In this document: piece after piece, positions 30,268 through 41,412 of the stretch | Numbering within the stretch: the stretch's first letter is position 1 | How the letters are laid out: every line of letters begins with the position of its first letter | Source: Candidatus Latescibacterota bacterium | Lineage (GTDB): Bacteria > Latescibacterota > UBA2968 | Direction: 5' to 3' | DNA: 64,000 nucleotides | Assembly: GCA_965207885.1 (NCBI GenBank) | Contig: OZ242311.1 | Location: forward strand, 2,688,001 to 2,752,000 | Notes under the pieces: generated by a model | Seen by the model: the letters and a program-made list of their open reading frames with translations, nothing else | Database searches by the model: none | Told to the model about the DNA's origin: nothing | Made by a program: the position numbers and the translations under genes

Positions 30268-31452
30268 TTACAGAACGTATTGCGGGATCTTCATCAATTC
30301 ACCGTCCTTAAGTGCCGACTCGTGGGCGACGATGCCGCCGACCGTCATATTCAGGGATTGAGCAATGTCTATAAGGGAGTCGCGATCCAGCAGAATCGCC
30401 TCGACGAACTCGCTCATCAGATAACCGTGGGAACCGCCATGGCCACCGGCACCGACCCCTGGAGGAAGCGGTGGACGAGTGATGGCTGGCGGCACCTGAT
30501 CCTTCTGGCCACTTCGAAACTCGCCGTAATAGGTCCCCTTTTGCGTGCGTATCCGGCCTCTTTCCCCACCCTGCCCCGGCGTATCCCAACTGACCGCCAT
30601 GCGGGCCATGCCGCCTTCGCTGGTGCGAAACAGGGCGATTTCGGTTCCAAACGGGTTTTGAAATTCATTGTTCTCTGGCTTCAGGTGATCGATTGAGCTT
30701 GGTATGCCCATGCATGAAACCTCGGTGAAGCTGCCACCGGTCACCCCCACATAGTAAGCATTCGAATGTGTGGGATACCACTGCGGGGGCAAGCCCGTTC
30801 GCCACCCCCTATGCGCAGATAGCGGCGTGCCAAAGTAGTGCCAGTATTCGCCTTCGGCGTAGATAACCTTACCCAGGTCTCCGGCCCTGTACATCTCCCG
30901 CATGCAATAGAGGTCATGATGAAAATAGGACGTTTCAAACATCATATACTTGCGACCTGTCGTCTTGACGGTCTCAAAGAGCGCATCGGCATCCTCCAGG
31001 GATCCAAACACAGCCGGGACAGCCGAAGCGACATGCTTGCCAGCCTTGAGCGCTTCGATGGCCAGCCGGGCGTGGCTCGGCGCATCGGTGGCAATAAAGA
31101 CGGCCTCGAGCGAATCGTCATGGATCATCTCTTCACACGAGGAATACGTCGCCTCGCAGCGGCATAACTTTGAAAGTTCGGCACACTTATCGGCATCCAG
31201 ATCGGCAACGGCAGCGACTGTCACATTTGGGTGGTCCTGAAAATGGAATTTCGCGCCGAAACTACAGACGCCGTAGCCTGCGATGCCTACCCGGATTTTT
31301 CGGTCGGAAACAGGTTGCCAGTTCTTTGCGGCCTCTGTATCGGTTACCGCTTCCTCAAATCCCTGGATCTCGACTGCTCCAGTGGTGGACTTCGGCGGGT
31401 CAGGTGTTGTCGCTCCAGCGGTCTGAACGGATTCTCTGCTCGCCGGACTCAT
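30268..31452 (-). CDS. Gfo/Idh/MocA family oxidoreductase
   Basis: RVGIAGYG, KHVASAVP, YPTH, GGHGGS; start after aaaggag. Confidence 0.8.
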   Translation of the reverse strand: MSPASRESVQTAGATTPDPPKSTTGAVEIQGFEEAVTDTEAAKNWQPVSDRKIRVGIAGYGVCSFGAKFHFQDHPNVTVAAVADLDADKCAELSKLCRCEATYSSCEEMIHDDSLEAVFIATDAPSHARLAIEALKAGKHVASAVPAVFGSLEDADALFETVKTTGRKYMMFETSYFHHDLYCMREMYRAGDLGKVIYAEGEYWHYFGTPLSAHRGWRTGLPPQWYPTHSNAYYVGVTGGSFTEVSCMGIPSSIDHLKPENNEFQNPFGTEIALFRTSEGGMARMAVSWDTPGQGGERGRIRTQKGTYYGEFRSGQKDQVPPAITRPPLPPGVGAGGHGGSHGYLMSEFVEAILLDRDSLIDIAQSLNMTVGGIVAHESALKDGELMKIPQYVL

Positions 31453-31514
31453 ATACGTTCTCCTTTGCAAGATTCATCACTCATCGGAATTATTAGGCTG
31501 TACATAGATCCCCA

Positions 31515-32006
31515 TCAGGTCGCCGGCAGCAGGCGGATTGTCAGAAATCCTGTGATTCCCGACCAGGAGTGCCCATGGATCCCTACTTTTCCGTTTGACC
31601 AGGGCTGCTTGACGATCCAATTTTCGATAATCTCGTATCCGTCCTTGATATTGCGTTCGCTAAAGGCGGCAAACGCCCCACCCGAAGCGCCAGTCCCGCG
31701 CAGCGACGCACTCACAGTGATGTAGCGCTCCCCGTAGCGATCGCCTCTATATACCGGCCGGCTCGCTTGAGGATAACCGCTCATCTCCAGGATGGCCGGC
31801 CACTTTTGAATCTGATCCTGCGGATCGAATCCTTTTGGGTACCCTACAGCTACAGCGATCTTTACACCATCGGACATCGTGGCATAAGTAAACTCGACGT
31901 AGTTGCCGTCCTTATCCAATTTGATATCGGCAAAACACCAAACCGGAGCGGCAAAAAGGACAAGTAGGAAGACGATTACATTTTTTATGTCGTTTGGTCG
32001 CAGCAT
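31515..32006 (-). pseudogene. Truncated CocE/NonD family hydrolase (5' portion only)
   Basis: Signal peptide, MSDGVKIA, RGTGASGG and WSNGKVGIHGHSWSG nucleophile elbow, then ends about 13 aa later. Confidence 0.8.
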
Positions 32007-32014
32007 ACGGGTGA

Positions 32015-32872
32015 TTAACTTCTCTGCACAGCAAAACCGGCTTCTTCGAGAAGGTGTATGATTCGGTTGGCGGCTTTAATGTAGTTCTCTCGGCCGGAGA
32101 CGTGGAATTTCTGAGAATGAAGCAAGTGCGGCTCTACGGTGATACAGCCTGAGTAGTTCATTTGGCAAAGGCGTTTGAAGATTTCGGGATATCCGCATTT
32201 TCCGTCGCCAGCAATGCAGTAGGTGCTGGTGTCGCCAGGTTCTCGAATGTCTTTGACGTGGACATTGGTGATGTAATCTTTCAATTTTTCAAAAATGTCG
32301 ATTCCAACTTCGCCGTGTGCACCAAAGTTGCCGGGGTCAAAGTTGAGTCGGAAATTCGGAGAATTAACAGCTTGAAGTGCTCTTAAACATTCGGAGGCGG
32401 TGCAGACGGCGGACGTTTTATTGGGTGGATTTTCGAGTATAAGGATTTTATTTTCCGCGGCAGCTATTTCGGTCATTGCGGTGTACATTTCAATGGCGAT
32501 TGCAAACCAGTCGGTTCCTGCGTCGCCTTTTTTATATCCCATCGTGCGCAGTTGGATTGTGCCAACGTAGTCGGCACGTTGAACGGCGCGGGTGATGTGC
32601 GATATGTCCTGTGCGCGATTGGCTTCGTCGGGTACTGTGCGACCCACCTGACCGAGATAAGTGGTGACGGTAAAACCCCGTTCTTTGACACGGTCTGCGA
32701 CACGGACGAACGTGTCGTCATTCATCTGGTCAACCATTTCACCATAGGCCGCACGCAGTTCAATAAATTTGATGCCAAGTTCATCAAGCACATCCAAACC
32801 TTCGTCCAGATCCCACGATGGACTGGGTTCGTCGTTAACACCGGCAATGCAGACGGTTGGAGTTGTGTTCAT
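32015..32872 (-). CDS. Sugar phosphate isomerase/epimerase (TIM barrel)
   Basis: IELR, LEN, NFDPGN, VHVKD, VEPH. Confidence 0.85.
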   Translation of the reverse strand: MNTTPTVCIAGVNDEPSPSWDLDEGLDVLDELGIKFIELRAAYGEMVDQMNDDTFVRVADRVKERGFTVTTYLGQVGRTVPDEANRAQDISHITRAVQRADYVGTIQLRTMGYKKGDAGTDWFAIAIEMYTAMTEIAAAENKILILENPPNKTSAVCTASECLRALQAVNSPNFRLNFDPGNFGAHGEVGIDIFEKLKDYITNVHVKDIREPGDTSTYCIAGDGKCGYPEIFKRLCQMNYSGCITVEPHLLHSQKFHVSGRENYIKAANRIIHLLEEAGFAVQRS

Positions 32873-32887
32873 AAAAACCTTCTTTGA

Positions 32888-33730
32888 TTAATTTTTGAGG
32901 TCAGCAGCGTCTTCAGCACTCCACTGTTCCCACATCAGCTCATCTGGTTGCATAAATCCACTATTGGCTCGCCGAAATACTTTTTCATCTTCTCCCAATA
33001 AACGCAGCAATCGACGATCTCCAGTCGCTCGCGCTCGCGCTTTGACAGCCTCAGAAATCGGCCCAGAATAATTGGCTCTGTGTTTGAGCCAGGAATGATT
33101 CATCGTTAAAAAGAAAAGATACCGATAGTTCTTTGAATAATTGGCTGTTCCCGAGTGTACAATCGCATTGTGGAATACGGCTATATCTCCAGATTTGGGA
33201 TAAAGGATCACTTCGTCGGGATGGGGTTGTTTTCTTTCTTCTTGTGTTAAAGTCAGGGCTTTCATGTGAGAACCTGGAATAATTCGCAGGGGGCCAATTT
33301 CATCATCGAGATCCTGTAAATAGCTCAGGGCATTGAAGAGTAAAGGTCTATGGTAGATGCCTTCTTGAGGAAACTCGGCAAACATGTCCCGGTGAAAACC
33401 CAGTACCGGGTTTGTGTTTGGGTCCTGTGGTGCCGTGCGCCGGTATGTGATGGATTCGAGTTGGACATGAGGTCCGACGATCATTTCAGCAAAGTCCAGG
33501 AGGCGCTTATTTGACAAGGCTGAGAGAATGAGATCGGGTTTGTGTTCTAACACATCGACAAAGACCTGGGGCCGGCTGCCATCGGGAGTGGGGATGCGAT
33601 CACCGATTTCTTCAAATGAATCCCGCATGGCTTTGACCCAGACATCGTCCAGCATCTTTGGGAAAAGTGTAAATCCAACTGTTTTGAATTCGTCAAGATG
33701 TTCCTGGAGAGATTTGATATCTTCTCGCAT
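32888..33730 (-). CDS. PhyH family dioxygenase
   Basis: FHRD, PLRIIPGSH, GDIA, VHSG. Confidence 0.85.
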   Translation of the reverse strand: MREDIKSLQEHLDEFKTVGFTLFPKMLDDVWVKAMRDSFEEIGDRIPTPDGSRPQVFVDVLEHKPDLILSALSNKRLLDFAEMIVGPHVQLESITYRRTAPQDPNTNPVLGFHRDMFAEFPQEGIYHRPLLFNALSYLQDLDDEIGPLRIIPGSHMKALTLTQEERKQPHPDEVILYPKSGDIAVFHNAIVHSGTANYSKNYRYLFFLTMNHSWLKHRANYSGPISEAVKARARATGDRRLLRLLGEDEKVFRRANSGFMQPDELMWEQWSAEDAADLKN

Positions 33731-33785
33731 TTTCAGTCTCCTGGTGATTTAGTTTTCAATGGGTTTGTTGCGCGAATCTGTACTT

Positions 33786-35357
33786 CTAATGGGCTCCGAT
33801 CACCACCAGGTCACGCGGTGGTAGCGGGAATTCCTGGAGCATGACGCGGTGCATCATTTCCTTCATCAGTTGCTGACGCGCCTGCTGATACGCCGGATCA
33901 TGCACGACGTTGACCAGTTCGCTGGAATCTCTGGTGAGATCGAAGAGTTCTTCCCCGTCATCGCGCCCCGGCGTGATCGAGTAGCGGAACTCACGGTTTC
34001 GCAGTGTCTCTTTCCAGGGAAACTTCATGATCCCTTCATGGAAGGGCGACTCGCACAGGCCGCCGAATGACTCGGAGAATGCCGACTGCCGCCAGTCCGA
34101 AACCCGCTTTCCCTTGCACAGAGGCATCAGCGAACGGCCGGCACATAGCGGATGGCCATCGCCGACTCCACGCCGCGACAGGGGCCTCGGGTGCTGTTCC
34201 AGAAGCGTTTCGTGCATATCCAACACGGTAGGACAGATGTCCTCGTGCTGTACGAAGAGGTCGCAAGTGCTACCCTGCTTCAGGCCTGGTCCGGCTACAA
34301 TCAGCGGGATGCGGATGACGGCGTCGTAGTGTCTGGCGGATTTTCCACCCAGATTGTGGTCCATGAGCATTTCGCCGTGATCGGAGACGAAGATGAAGTA
34401 GCTATTCTCCATCCTGCCGACCTGTTCCAATCGTTCCAGGATGCGGCCGATCTGTTCGTCGATGTGGATAAAATCGGCGAAGTAGAGTTTGCGGTAGTAA
34501 CGCCAGTTCGGTATCCTGTCAGGCCCATTCCAGTGATCCGTGCCGTAACCGATAGGGTCGGGGATGAGATCCTCGTTGACCATCTCCAGGAATCGCGCAG
34601 GTGGATGAAACGGGGGGTGGGGCTGCACATAGCTGATATGCGTGTAGAGGGGTTGATCCACGGGCGTCTCGTCGATGAAATTTAGAGCATGTTCCGTAAT
34701 CCAGTTGGTCTGGGAGATCTCTTCGGGGAAGGGCAGGGGATAGTAGCCTTCGGTGCGGGTTTTGTTCCCCCCGTCATCGCCTTTAGCCCATGCCATTTTC
34801 TTCTTTGCCCGGCGCATCCTTTCGGTCAGGTTGACTTTCCGCTCGCCATACGAATCGTAATACGGCAACTGAGAATTCCAATTTGCCGGGGTTGCCATGA
34901 TCGCATCATAGTGTTCGGGATGCTCTTTTTCGATCCAGTCGTGCCACTCGCCAGTCCGGTTGTCCTCGGTGTTGTACACCACATCCCAGCCATATTCCCG
35001 GTAGTCCGGGTACGGGTAGTATTCCGAGTCAAAGGGATAGAAGTGGATCTTGCCAAATGCGCTGGTTCGCCATCCGGCCATCTGCAATGTCTTCATGAAG
35101 GTGGGGATGTCGGGATTGAGCCGGTAGCCATTGGAGAGCAGACCGTGGCCTCGGCTGGTGAGTCCCGTGGCAATGCCCGCCCGAGCCGGACAGCAGACCG
35201 GGTTGTTGGAAAACGCATTGGTGAAGGTCACGCCCATGCTCTGGAGACGTTTCAGGTTCGGCAGGTCACAGATGCCGTTCAAGGCCGCTTCCAACCACTT
35301 TGCCCCCATCTGATCGACCATGAAGAAGATGATGTTGGGTTTGTTGTTTGGGTTCAT
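33786..35357 (-). CDS. Sulfatase (Cys-type)
   Basis: PNIIFFMVDQ, CCPAR, GKIH, SDHGE. Confidence 0.9.
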   Translation of the reverse strand: MNPNNKPNIIFFMVDQMGAKWLEAALNGICDLPNLKRLQSMGVTFTNAFSNNPVCCPARAGIATGLTSRGHGLLSNGYRLNPDIPTFMKTLQMAGWRTSAFGKIHFYPFDSEYYPYPDYREYGWDVVYNTEDNRTGEWHDWIEKEHPEHYDAIMATPANWNSQLPYYDSYGERKVNLTERMRRAKKKMAWAKGDDGGNKTRTEGYYPLPFPEEISQTNWITEHALNFIDETPVDQPLYTHISYVQPHPPFHPPARFLEMVNEDLIPDPIGYGTDHWNGPDRIPNWRYYRKLYFADFIHIDEQIGRILERLEQVGRMENSYFIFVSDHGEMLMDHNLGGKSARHYDAVIRIPLIVAGPGLKQGSTCDLFVQHEDICPTVLDMHETLLEQHPRPLSRRGVGDGHPLCAGRSLMPLCKGKRVSDWRQSAFSESFGGLCESPFHEGIMKFPWKETLRNREFRYSITPGRDDGEELFDLTRDSSELVNVVHDPAYQQARQQLMKEMMHRVMLQEFPLPPRDLVVIGAH

Positions 35358-35385
35358 CGATAAGTCTCTTTTTTGTAAAATTTTT

Positions 35386-37020
35386 TTAATGAATACCAAA
35401 CCAGAACAGATCACGTGGAGAAACGGGATAATCCTGACGGATAATCTGTTCCATCAGGCGATCTTTCAACTCGCGGCGTAAAGAGGCATGCTCCGGATCG
35501 TTGATGAGATTCTTCTGCTCGTGTGGATCCGTCTCGAGGTCGAATAGCTGCTCGCCGTGTCCATCAGGATAAAACGTGTATCGGTATCTGGATGTGCGTA
35601 CGGTGCGCGCCCAGGCTCCCAGAGTCCCTGGACCGAAGCATGGAAAAGATTCAACATACGCCTCCTCCCGCCAATCGTCCGGCACCTCTCCACGACAAAG
35701 CTCGACTAATGACCTTCCTGAAATTGCTGGCGCCCTATCGTCCAGGCGGCCACCAAAATGGCGAAAGCGTAGGTGAGGCAGGGGCACGCTGGTCATTTCG
35801 AGAATGGTGGGGCAGATGTCTTCCAGTTGCACGATTTCCTGGCATATGGCGTTCTTCTGCAGGCCGGGACCAGCAATGATCAGTGGCACCCGAATACCGC
35901 CGTCGTAGTGGCGTTCCTGTTTTTGCCAGAAGCCGTGATCACCGAGAAATTCACCGTGATCAGACACAAAAATGATGTACGTGCTGTCAAGACGCCCGGC
36001 GTCTTGCAAAGCCCTCCTGACCCGACCCAGTTGTTCGTCCAGGTGGGTAATGTCGGCAAAGTAGCAATGACGCTCGTGGCTGAGATCCGGTATCAAGGGG
36101 GGCTGTCCATCCGAACCGGGTGTAACAGCCATATCTTTCATCCAGGATGGTCGGTCGTCGCTCTCGCCGTGCAATACCCGCGCCATTTTCAGAAAGTATT
36201 CGGGCGCATCCGGATCGTTGAGCCAATCAGCCGGGACAGGAGCAGGGATTTTCTCCGGGTTGACGCGGTCCATGAATTCGGCTGGGGGACAAAACGGGCC
36301 GTGGGGCGCTACATAGCTGATATGGGCAAAGAAAGACTGATCCGAACCGGTATCGCGGATGAAATCCAGCGCCCTTGCAGTTATCCACGATGACTGCGAT
36401 ACCTCCTCGGGAAACGGCAGCGTATAGGCTTTGGGAGAGTTCTGGGGCCACGCCTCGGTGGGGTGTGGATGACGCTCTTTAGCGGCGCGTATGGCCGGTC
36501 TCAGATCGACGCCGTCGGGACCGTATTCGGCGTAACCTGGAACAGCGGGCCAGGCCGTTGAAAGGGCCGCTTCATAATGTTCAGGATGCGCCTCTTTGAC
36601 CCAGTCGAGCCACTCGCCGGCGCGGTCATCCTCAGTGCCGTGTACGACATCGAAACCATAGGGGTGGTAGTCGTGTACGAGGCTTTCGTGATGCGGCCTG
36701 AGGTGCAGCTTTCCGAAAGCGCCAGTCCGCCATCCTTTCTTTTGCAGCGCTTGCATAAAGGTCGGAATCTCAGGGTTGAGCGCGTATCCGTTCATGATCA
36801 GACCGTGTGCTCTTGAACAAAGCCCGGTGGCAATCGTTGCCCGGGTAGGTGAGCATACTGGATTGCTGGAGAATGTCCAGGTAAAGAACGTGCCGTTTTC
36901 ACGCAGCCAGTCCAGGTTCGGCAGGGCGCAGATTCCTCTGTCCTGAGCCACTTCGAGCCACCTGGCCGACAACTGATCGACCATGAAAAGGATGACGTTG
37001 GGTTTGTTTTGTGACTGCAT
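35386..37020 (-). CDS. Sulfatase (Cys-type), paralogous to 33786..35357
   Basis: PNVILFMVDQ, CSPTR, GKLH, SDHGE. Confidence 0.9.
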   Translation of the reverse strand: MQSQNKPNVILFMVDQLSARWLEVAQDRGICALPNLDWLRENGTFFTWTFSSNPVCSPTRATIATGLCSRAHGLIMNGYALNPEIPTFMQALQKKGWRTGAFGKLHLRPHHESLVHDYHPYGFDVVHGTEDDRAGEWLDWVKEAHPEHYEAALSTAWPAVPGYAEYGPDGVDLRPAIRAAKERHPHPTEAWPQNSPKAYTLPFPEEVSQSSWITARALDFIRDTGSDQSFFAHISYVAPHGPFCPPAEFMDRVNPEKIPAPVPADWLNDPDAPEYFLKMARVLHGESDDRPSWMKDMAVTPGSDGQPPLIPDLSHERHCYFADITHLDEQLGRVRRALQDAGRLDSTYIIFVSDHGEFLGDHGFWQKQERHYDGGIRVPLIIAGPGLQKNAICQEIVQLEDICPTILEMTSVPLPHLRFRHFGGRLDDRAPAISGRSLVELCRGEVPDDWREEAYVESFPCFGPGTLGAWARTVRTSRYRYTFYPDGHGEQLFDLETDPHEQKNLINDPEHASLRRELKDRLMEQIIRQDYPVSPRDLFWFGIH

Positions 37021-37030
37021 AATGATTTCT

Positions 37031-37969
37031 CTATGCTGATTTTCCGGACGGGCAGATCGTGTCTATCTTGTCCAGGGTGGCTTTATCGAGTTCCCCATCG
37101 GCAGCGGCAGCGTTCTGTTTTGCCTGCTCGGGTGTCTTCATTCCGGGAATGGGGCAGGTAACGGCAGGATTGGCGAGGGTGAACCTGAGCGCGAAATCAA
37201 CCATGTTCATGCCTTCGGGTACTAACTCGCGCAGTGCCGCAACCTTGTCGAGTTTGGCGAGGAAATCATCGCGTTGACTTTCTCCTGGGTTCCAGTGATC
37301 TCGAACCATGTCTTCAAACCTTGTATCTGCGGTAAATTTATCCGCCAAAAGACCCTGAGCTATTGGTCCTCGCAGTAATACCCCGATATTGTTGTCCAGA
37401 CAGTGGGGGAGGATGTCATTCTCAGGCCTCCGGTTAAAGAGTGAGTAGTTGATCTGACACGATGCGCATGCGCCCTCTGAGTTGAGCGCTTTGAGCGAAT
37501 CCAGATCGTTGGTGGATATCGCGTAGTGACGGATCTTTCCCTCTTTCTTTAACAACTCAAAGGCTTCGACAAAGATTTCGGGATGTTCCGGGGTTCCGAT
37601 GTGACACTGATACAGATCGATATAGTCTGTATTGAGCCGGTAAAGGCTTGCGTGACAACAATTTATGATGCTGTATATCGTCTTGTACCCGAGAGGATCT
37701 CCCTGACGGCGTCCCCAGTTGCCAACCTTTGTCGCGATATAGACCTCAGATCGCTTGCTTTTCAGCGCTTTGCCTGTGTAGATTTCACTCTGACCACAAC
37801 CGTAGCCATCCGCGGTATCAAACAAATTAACGCCCGCATCAAGGGCAGCGTTGATGGTGTCGAGGGCCTGTTTTTCTTCAACCGGGCCCCACTGTCCGCC
37901 GATGCCCCAGCATCCCATGGAGACAGCGCTTACATTCCACCCAGTTTTCCCAAGCGTTCTATACTGCAT
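37031..37969 (-). CDS. Aldo/keto reductase
   Basis: RTLGKTG, FDTADGYG, ATK, YIDLYQCH, IPG. Confidence 0.9.
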   Translation of the reverse strand: MQYRTLGKTGWNVSAVSMGCWGIGGQWGPVEEKQALDTINAALDAGVNLFDTADGYGCGQSEIYTGKALKSKRSEVYIATKVGNWGRRQGDPLGYKTIYSIINCCHASLYRLNTDYIDLYQCHIGTPEHPEIFVEAFELLKKEGKIRHYAISTNDLDSLKALNSEGACASCQINYSLFNRRPENDILPHCLDNNIGVLLRGPIAQGLLADKFTADTRFEDMVRDHWNPGESQRDDFLAKLDKVAALRELVPEGMNMVDFALRFTLANPAVTCPIPGMKTPEQAKQNAAAADGELDKATLDKIDTICPSGKSA

Positions 37970-37982
37970 GATATTCCTCCGT

Positions 37983-38831
37983 TTATGATTTTTCCCGACG
38001 AGGCGTCACGCGCCAGTCGGTTCGCAGTTCGGCAACAAGGTCGGCGGGCGGCTGCATAAAACGCTTAACCCTTTCACTGGCTTTCGCTTGCAGTTCAGGC
38101 CCGGCCAATTCCCAGGCATTGCAGAACAGTCGCTCGCTTTTTGGAACAACGCGGATGTTCAGGGTGCGCCGGGGATCAGGCGTCTGATTTACGCCAGGGC
38201 AATGTAGCCCCCCCGCGTTTACAATGAGTAGATCACCCGGATCGCCAGTCGCCTGAATCTTGTTGCTGTCTGAATCCGGCTCGGGATCCATGATCTCGGG
38301 TTCATCGGCTTTAAAGCAATGGGTGCGCGGAATCACTTTTGTACCGCCATTTTTCTCTGAATAGCCGTCAAGTATAAAAAAGAACCACAGACCGTTGTGC
38401 ATACCTTCTTCCGTGAGGCCGGGTCTGAAGTCGCGATGGAAGCGTCCCTGCCGCGCATCCGGATGATAGCGCACAGTATTAGCAATGAGATCTAATAAAT
38501 AGTAAGTACCCATAGCACGTTCGCAGATCGCGTGAACGGTATCGTGGTCGAGAAGCTCTATGGCCGCTTCGCCCCACATATAACAGATGCGGGCATTTGG
38601 ATTGATTGTGAAGTTGCGTTTCCCGTTTCCATCGAGAATGCGCACTTCTGGCAACTTCATCCCCCCTCGCCACTCGGCGATGTAATCATCCGCAGCACGC
38701 TGGGCGATATCCCGAAGAGGGTCGAGATACCCGGGTGCGATTTGCTCCCGCAGGATGACATAACCGTTTTCTTGCAGGTCGGCTACGTGTGCGTCCAATT
38801 CCTCGTCGCTCATTGGATGGACTGGTTGCAT
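37983..38831 (-). CDS. PhyH family dioxygenase
   Basis: ENGYVIL, FHRD, NGGTKVIPRTH, GDLL, LHCPG. Confidence 0.8.
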   Translation of the reverse strand: MQPVHPMSDEELDAHVADLQENGYVILREQIAPGYLDPLRDIAQRAADDYIAEWRGGMKLPEVRILDGNGKRNFTINPNARICYMWGEAAIELLDHDTVHAICERAMGTYYLLDLIANTVRYHPDARQGRFHRDFRPGLTEEGMHNGLWFFFILDGYSEKNGGTKVIPRTHCFKADEPEIMDPEPDSDSNKIQATGDPGDLLIVNAGGLHCPGVNQTPDPRRTLNIRVVPKSERLFCNAWELAGPELQAKASERVKRFMQPPADLVAELRTDWRVTPRREKS

Positions 38832-38898
38832 AGGTTGACTCCTTTCCAGTCTCTGTAGATGTGTAACAGTTTTGTAGGCGAGTTGAAATGTTTGTCCT

Positions 38899-41409
38899 TC
38901 AGTCTTTTTTTAACTCGGGAATATTGTTCGGCATAAAAGATATCTCTCGCATACCTTCGTCGCCCAAAAACTGAATTGTAACACCACCACCTATGGATAG
39001 CATGTGCTGCAAATCCTCAATATTTCTCACCTTCGCATTGTCCACAGACAAAATTACAGTATCGCCCAATAACCCTACCTGAGCGGCTTCTGACTCTGCT
39101 GGAACATCAATTACCAAAACACCATCATTGTGCTCTAATTCCACAGCCCCAATCACCGCAGATTCCCTACCATAATTTACCAGACTACGCAAGGTCGCCC
39201 CCATCCAGTCATACAGATCAGCATTGACATAGGTGCCCCAAAACTCAGCGTTTTTATCAAACGCTTGCCCCAGACCAGACCAGATGCGCACGTCAGATTT
39301 GAACCTCGAATCTTGCACACCAAATTGATCCATAGGGAAATTTTCAAATCCGACCTCAGATCCAAATTTCGCCCGATAATCTCCAGATGATGGATTGTAA
39401 AAACCTGGATCACATGTTTTCGAATGCACGTCCAGACCCAACGCCCTGTGATCTTCCGGAGGCTCATAAACCGCAAACAGATTTTCATCCACCAAATTAT
39501 CTTCGCCCTGGCAACCCGCCATTCCCATTCCACGCGGTGAATAAGCTTCTCGACGAACAAGAATATTTCGCCGAACCACATCGCCGCTATTGGGATACCA
39601 AACGTGTGGGCTGAATAAGGTAGAAATATTGTTCTCTACAGTTCGAAAAAAGCCTTCACGCAACTTGATACCACCTTGCAAGCACAAATTGCCATAAATG
39701 TGATAATGCCCAGACCCATCGTCTAAATCAATATCGTATCCATGCGCACATTGAATCCGATTGTGGCGCAAAGCAATTGGATCGACACAATCCAGCTTCG
39801 CCATCGTGCGCATGCGGGCGAATTCTTCAGGTGTTGCCTCGCCCTTTAGCTTCATCCAGTACCGATCCCGTCCCCACGAATTATAAGCTCCGTGTTCTCG
39901 CGTGGTCATTGACGTATCAAAAATATCGTTCCATTCAATCACATGTCCACCCCAACATCCATCGTTCACATTGATCGCAGCACGCGGCACATCGTAAATA
40001 CTATTATGACTGACTGTAATCTCTTTGGCCTTAGAAATGAACACACCGGCAATCTGTTTCTCTACACTGCCCAACTGCGTCATCAAATTGTCGTGAATCA
40101 CACACCGGGCCGGATAATTATTGTTCTGAGGCCCTGCTTCTAAATCGACCAACTCCTGTCCTTCATCCAGCATTTCAGACGGCAACTTTGCCATACTCTC
40201 ATTCTCAAATGGCCTGCCATTTACCATCGGTGTTTCACCCCGCATACCTTCAGGCCACCCCCACCAATGTGCCCATCGCGACCTCACGGCAGAATTATTT
40301 CCCTCAAGTAAAACAGCACTCGCACCCGTCTTTACAAACCGACACCCGCTCACAGTGACGTCCCGACTATAATCTTGAATAAAAACCCCATTCCCACCTA
40401 TGCGCTCAAACGAGCAATTTTGAACGGTGCACAATTCAGCGCCTTCAAAAACAACAGCGCCTCCCCGATACACCTTCCAATCTCCACCACTTGGTATGAC
40501 ATCCGTTTCCATAAACGTGTAAGACGTATGGGTCAGTGTCAGCCCATCCAGAGTGATATAACAAACGGGGTTGTCCTCCGACCCTCGAAACTCAAACAAA
40601 TGCCTCAGCACCACAGCTTCCACTGTGGCATCGTCAAGAGTCTGTCCTTCTTCAGGCTTGAAATACAGTGTATGAGTTTCTCGATCTAAAAACCATTCTT
40701 TAGGCGCGTCCAATTCTTCAAACACGTTTTCAATAAACATCCGCCCTTCAGCCAACACATCATACGGATTGGTTCTTCGCCCACTGTTTTGCCACCCACC
40801 TTCTACCTTCCGATCCTTCTCGTACTCAAAGGTGTAAACCCCATCTGGATCTTTTTCCAAAATACGAAAGTGCAATGTACCCCACCCCATCGACATCATC
40901 CCGTGTACAAAAGCACCCACCGGATTGGCATATCCTTTTAAGCGCGCCGAATCAATGGCATCTTGAGAGGTCTCTGGCGAAACCCATCGAATGCTGCCAT
41001 CAAAAAACCCATCTCGCGGATCAGCATTTGGATAGCGACAGCGAACCATCTTTTCACCATTGATAAAAAGCTGATCAAAATCCAAGCCCTCAGGCACCTT
41101 AGCCTTCACCAGCCCATCTCCGGCGTTTTCCCAAATCAAGTTCACAGACTCTGCCCCACTAACAACAACCTCTTCGTCCTCATAAGCCCGATAAACAATG
41201 GGCGCATCTTTCGTCCCAGAATCTTCTGCACCAAAAATGAGCGTCTCGTTCAAATAGTAAGTTCCCTGTCTCAAACACACTGTTATCGGCCCGTTTTGTT
41301 TGCATGCACGAACAACCTCTTGCGCCCGTTTTAGCGTAGCAAGAGGTTGTTCTTCGGTGCCAGAATTTCTATCGTCACCTTTAGATGAAACAAAAAGCGT
41401 CTGCCCCAT
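38899..41409 (-). CDS. Right-handed beta-helix protein (GH141-like) with C-terminal PDZ-like domain
   Basis: FVSSKGDDRNSGTEEQPLATL start, beta-helix repeats, DIDLDDG, PDZ-like tail; start MGQTLF after aaggag. Confidence 0.65.
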   Translation of the reverse strand: MGQTLFVSSKGDDRNSGTEEQPLATLKRAQEVVRACKQNGPITVCLRQGTYYLNETLIFGAEDSGTKDAPIVYRAYEDEEVVVSGAESVNLIWENAGDGLVKAKVPEGLDFDQLFINGEKMVRCRYPNADPRDGFFDGSIRWVSPETSQDAIDSARLKGYANPVGAFVHGMMSMGWGTLHFRILEKDPDGVYTFEYEKDRKVEGGWQNSGRRTNPYDVLAEGRMFIENVFEELDAPKEWFLDRETHTLYFKPEEGQTLDDATVEAVVLRHLFEFRGSEDNPVCYITLDGLTLTHTSYTFMETDVIPSGGDWKVYRGGAVVFEGAELCTVQNCSFERIGGNGVFIQDYSRDVTVSGCRFVKTGASAVLLEGNNSAVRSRWAHWWGWPEGMRGETPMVNGRPFENESMAKLPSEMLDEGQELVDLEAGPQNNNYPARCVIHDNLMTQLGSVEKQIAGVFISKAKEITVSHNSIYDVPRAAINVNDGCWGGHVIEWNDIFDTSMTTREHGAYNSWGRDRYWMKLKGEATPEEFARMRTMAKLDCVDPIALRHNRIQCAHGYDIDLDDGSGHYHIYGNLCLQGGIKLREGFFRTVENNISTLFSPHVWYPNSGDVVRRNILVRREAYSPRGMGMAGCQGEDNLVDENLFAVYEPPEDHRALGLDVHSKTCDPGFYNPSSGDYRAKFGSEVGFENFPMDQFGVQDSRFKSDVRIWSGLGQAFDKNAEFWGTYVNADLYDWMGATLRSLVNYGRESAVIGAVELEHNDGVLVIDVPAESEAAQVGLLGDTVILSVDNAKVRNIEDLQHMLSIGGGVTIQFLGDEGMREISFMPNNIPELKKD

Positions 41410-41412
41410 AAA

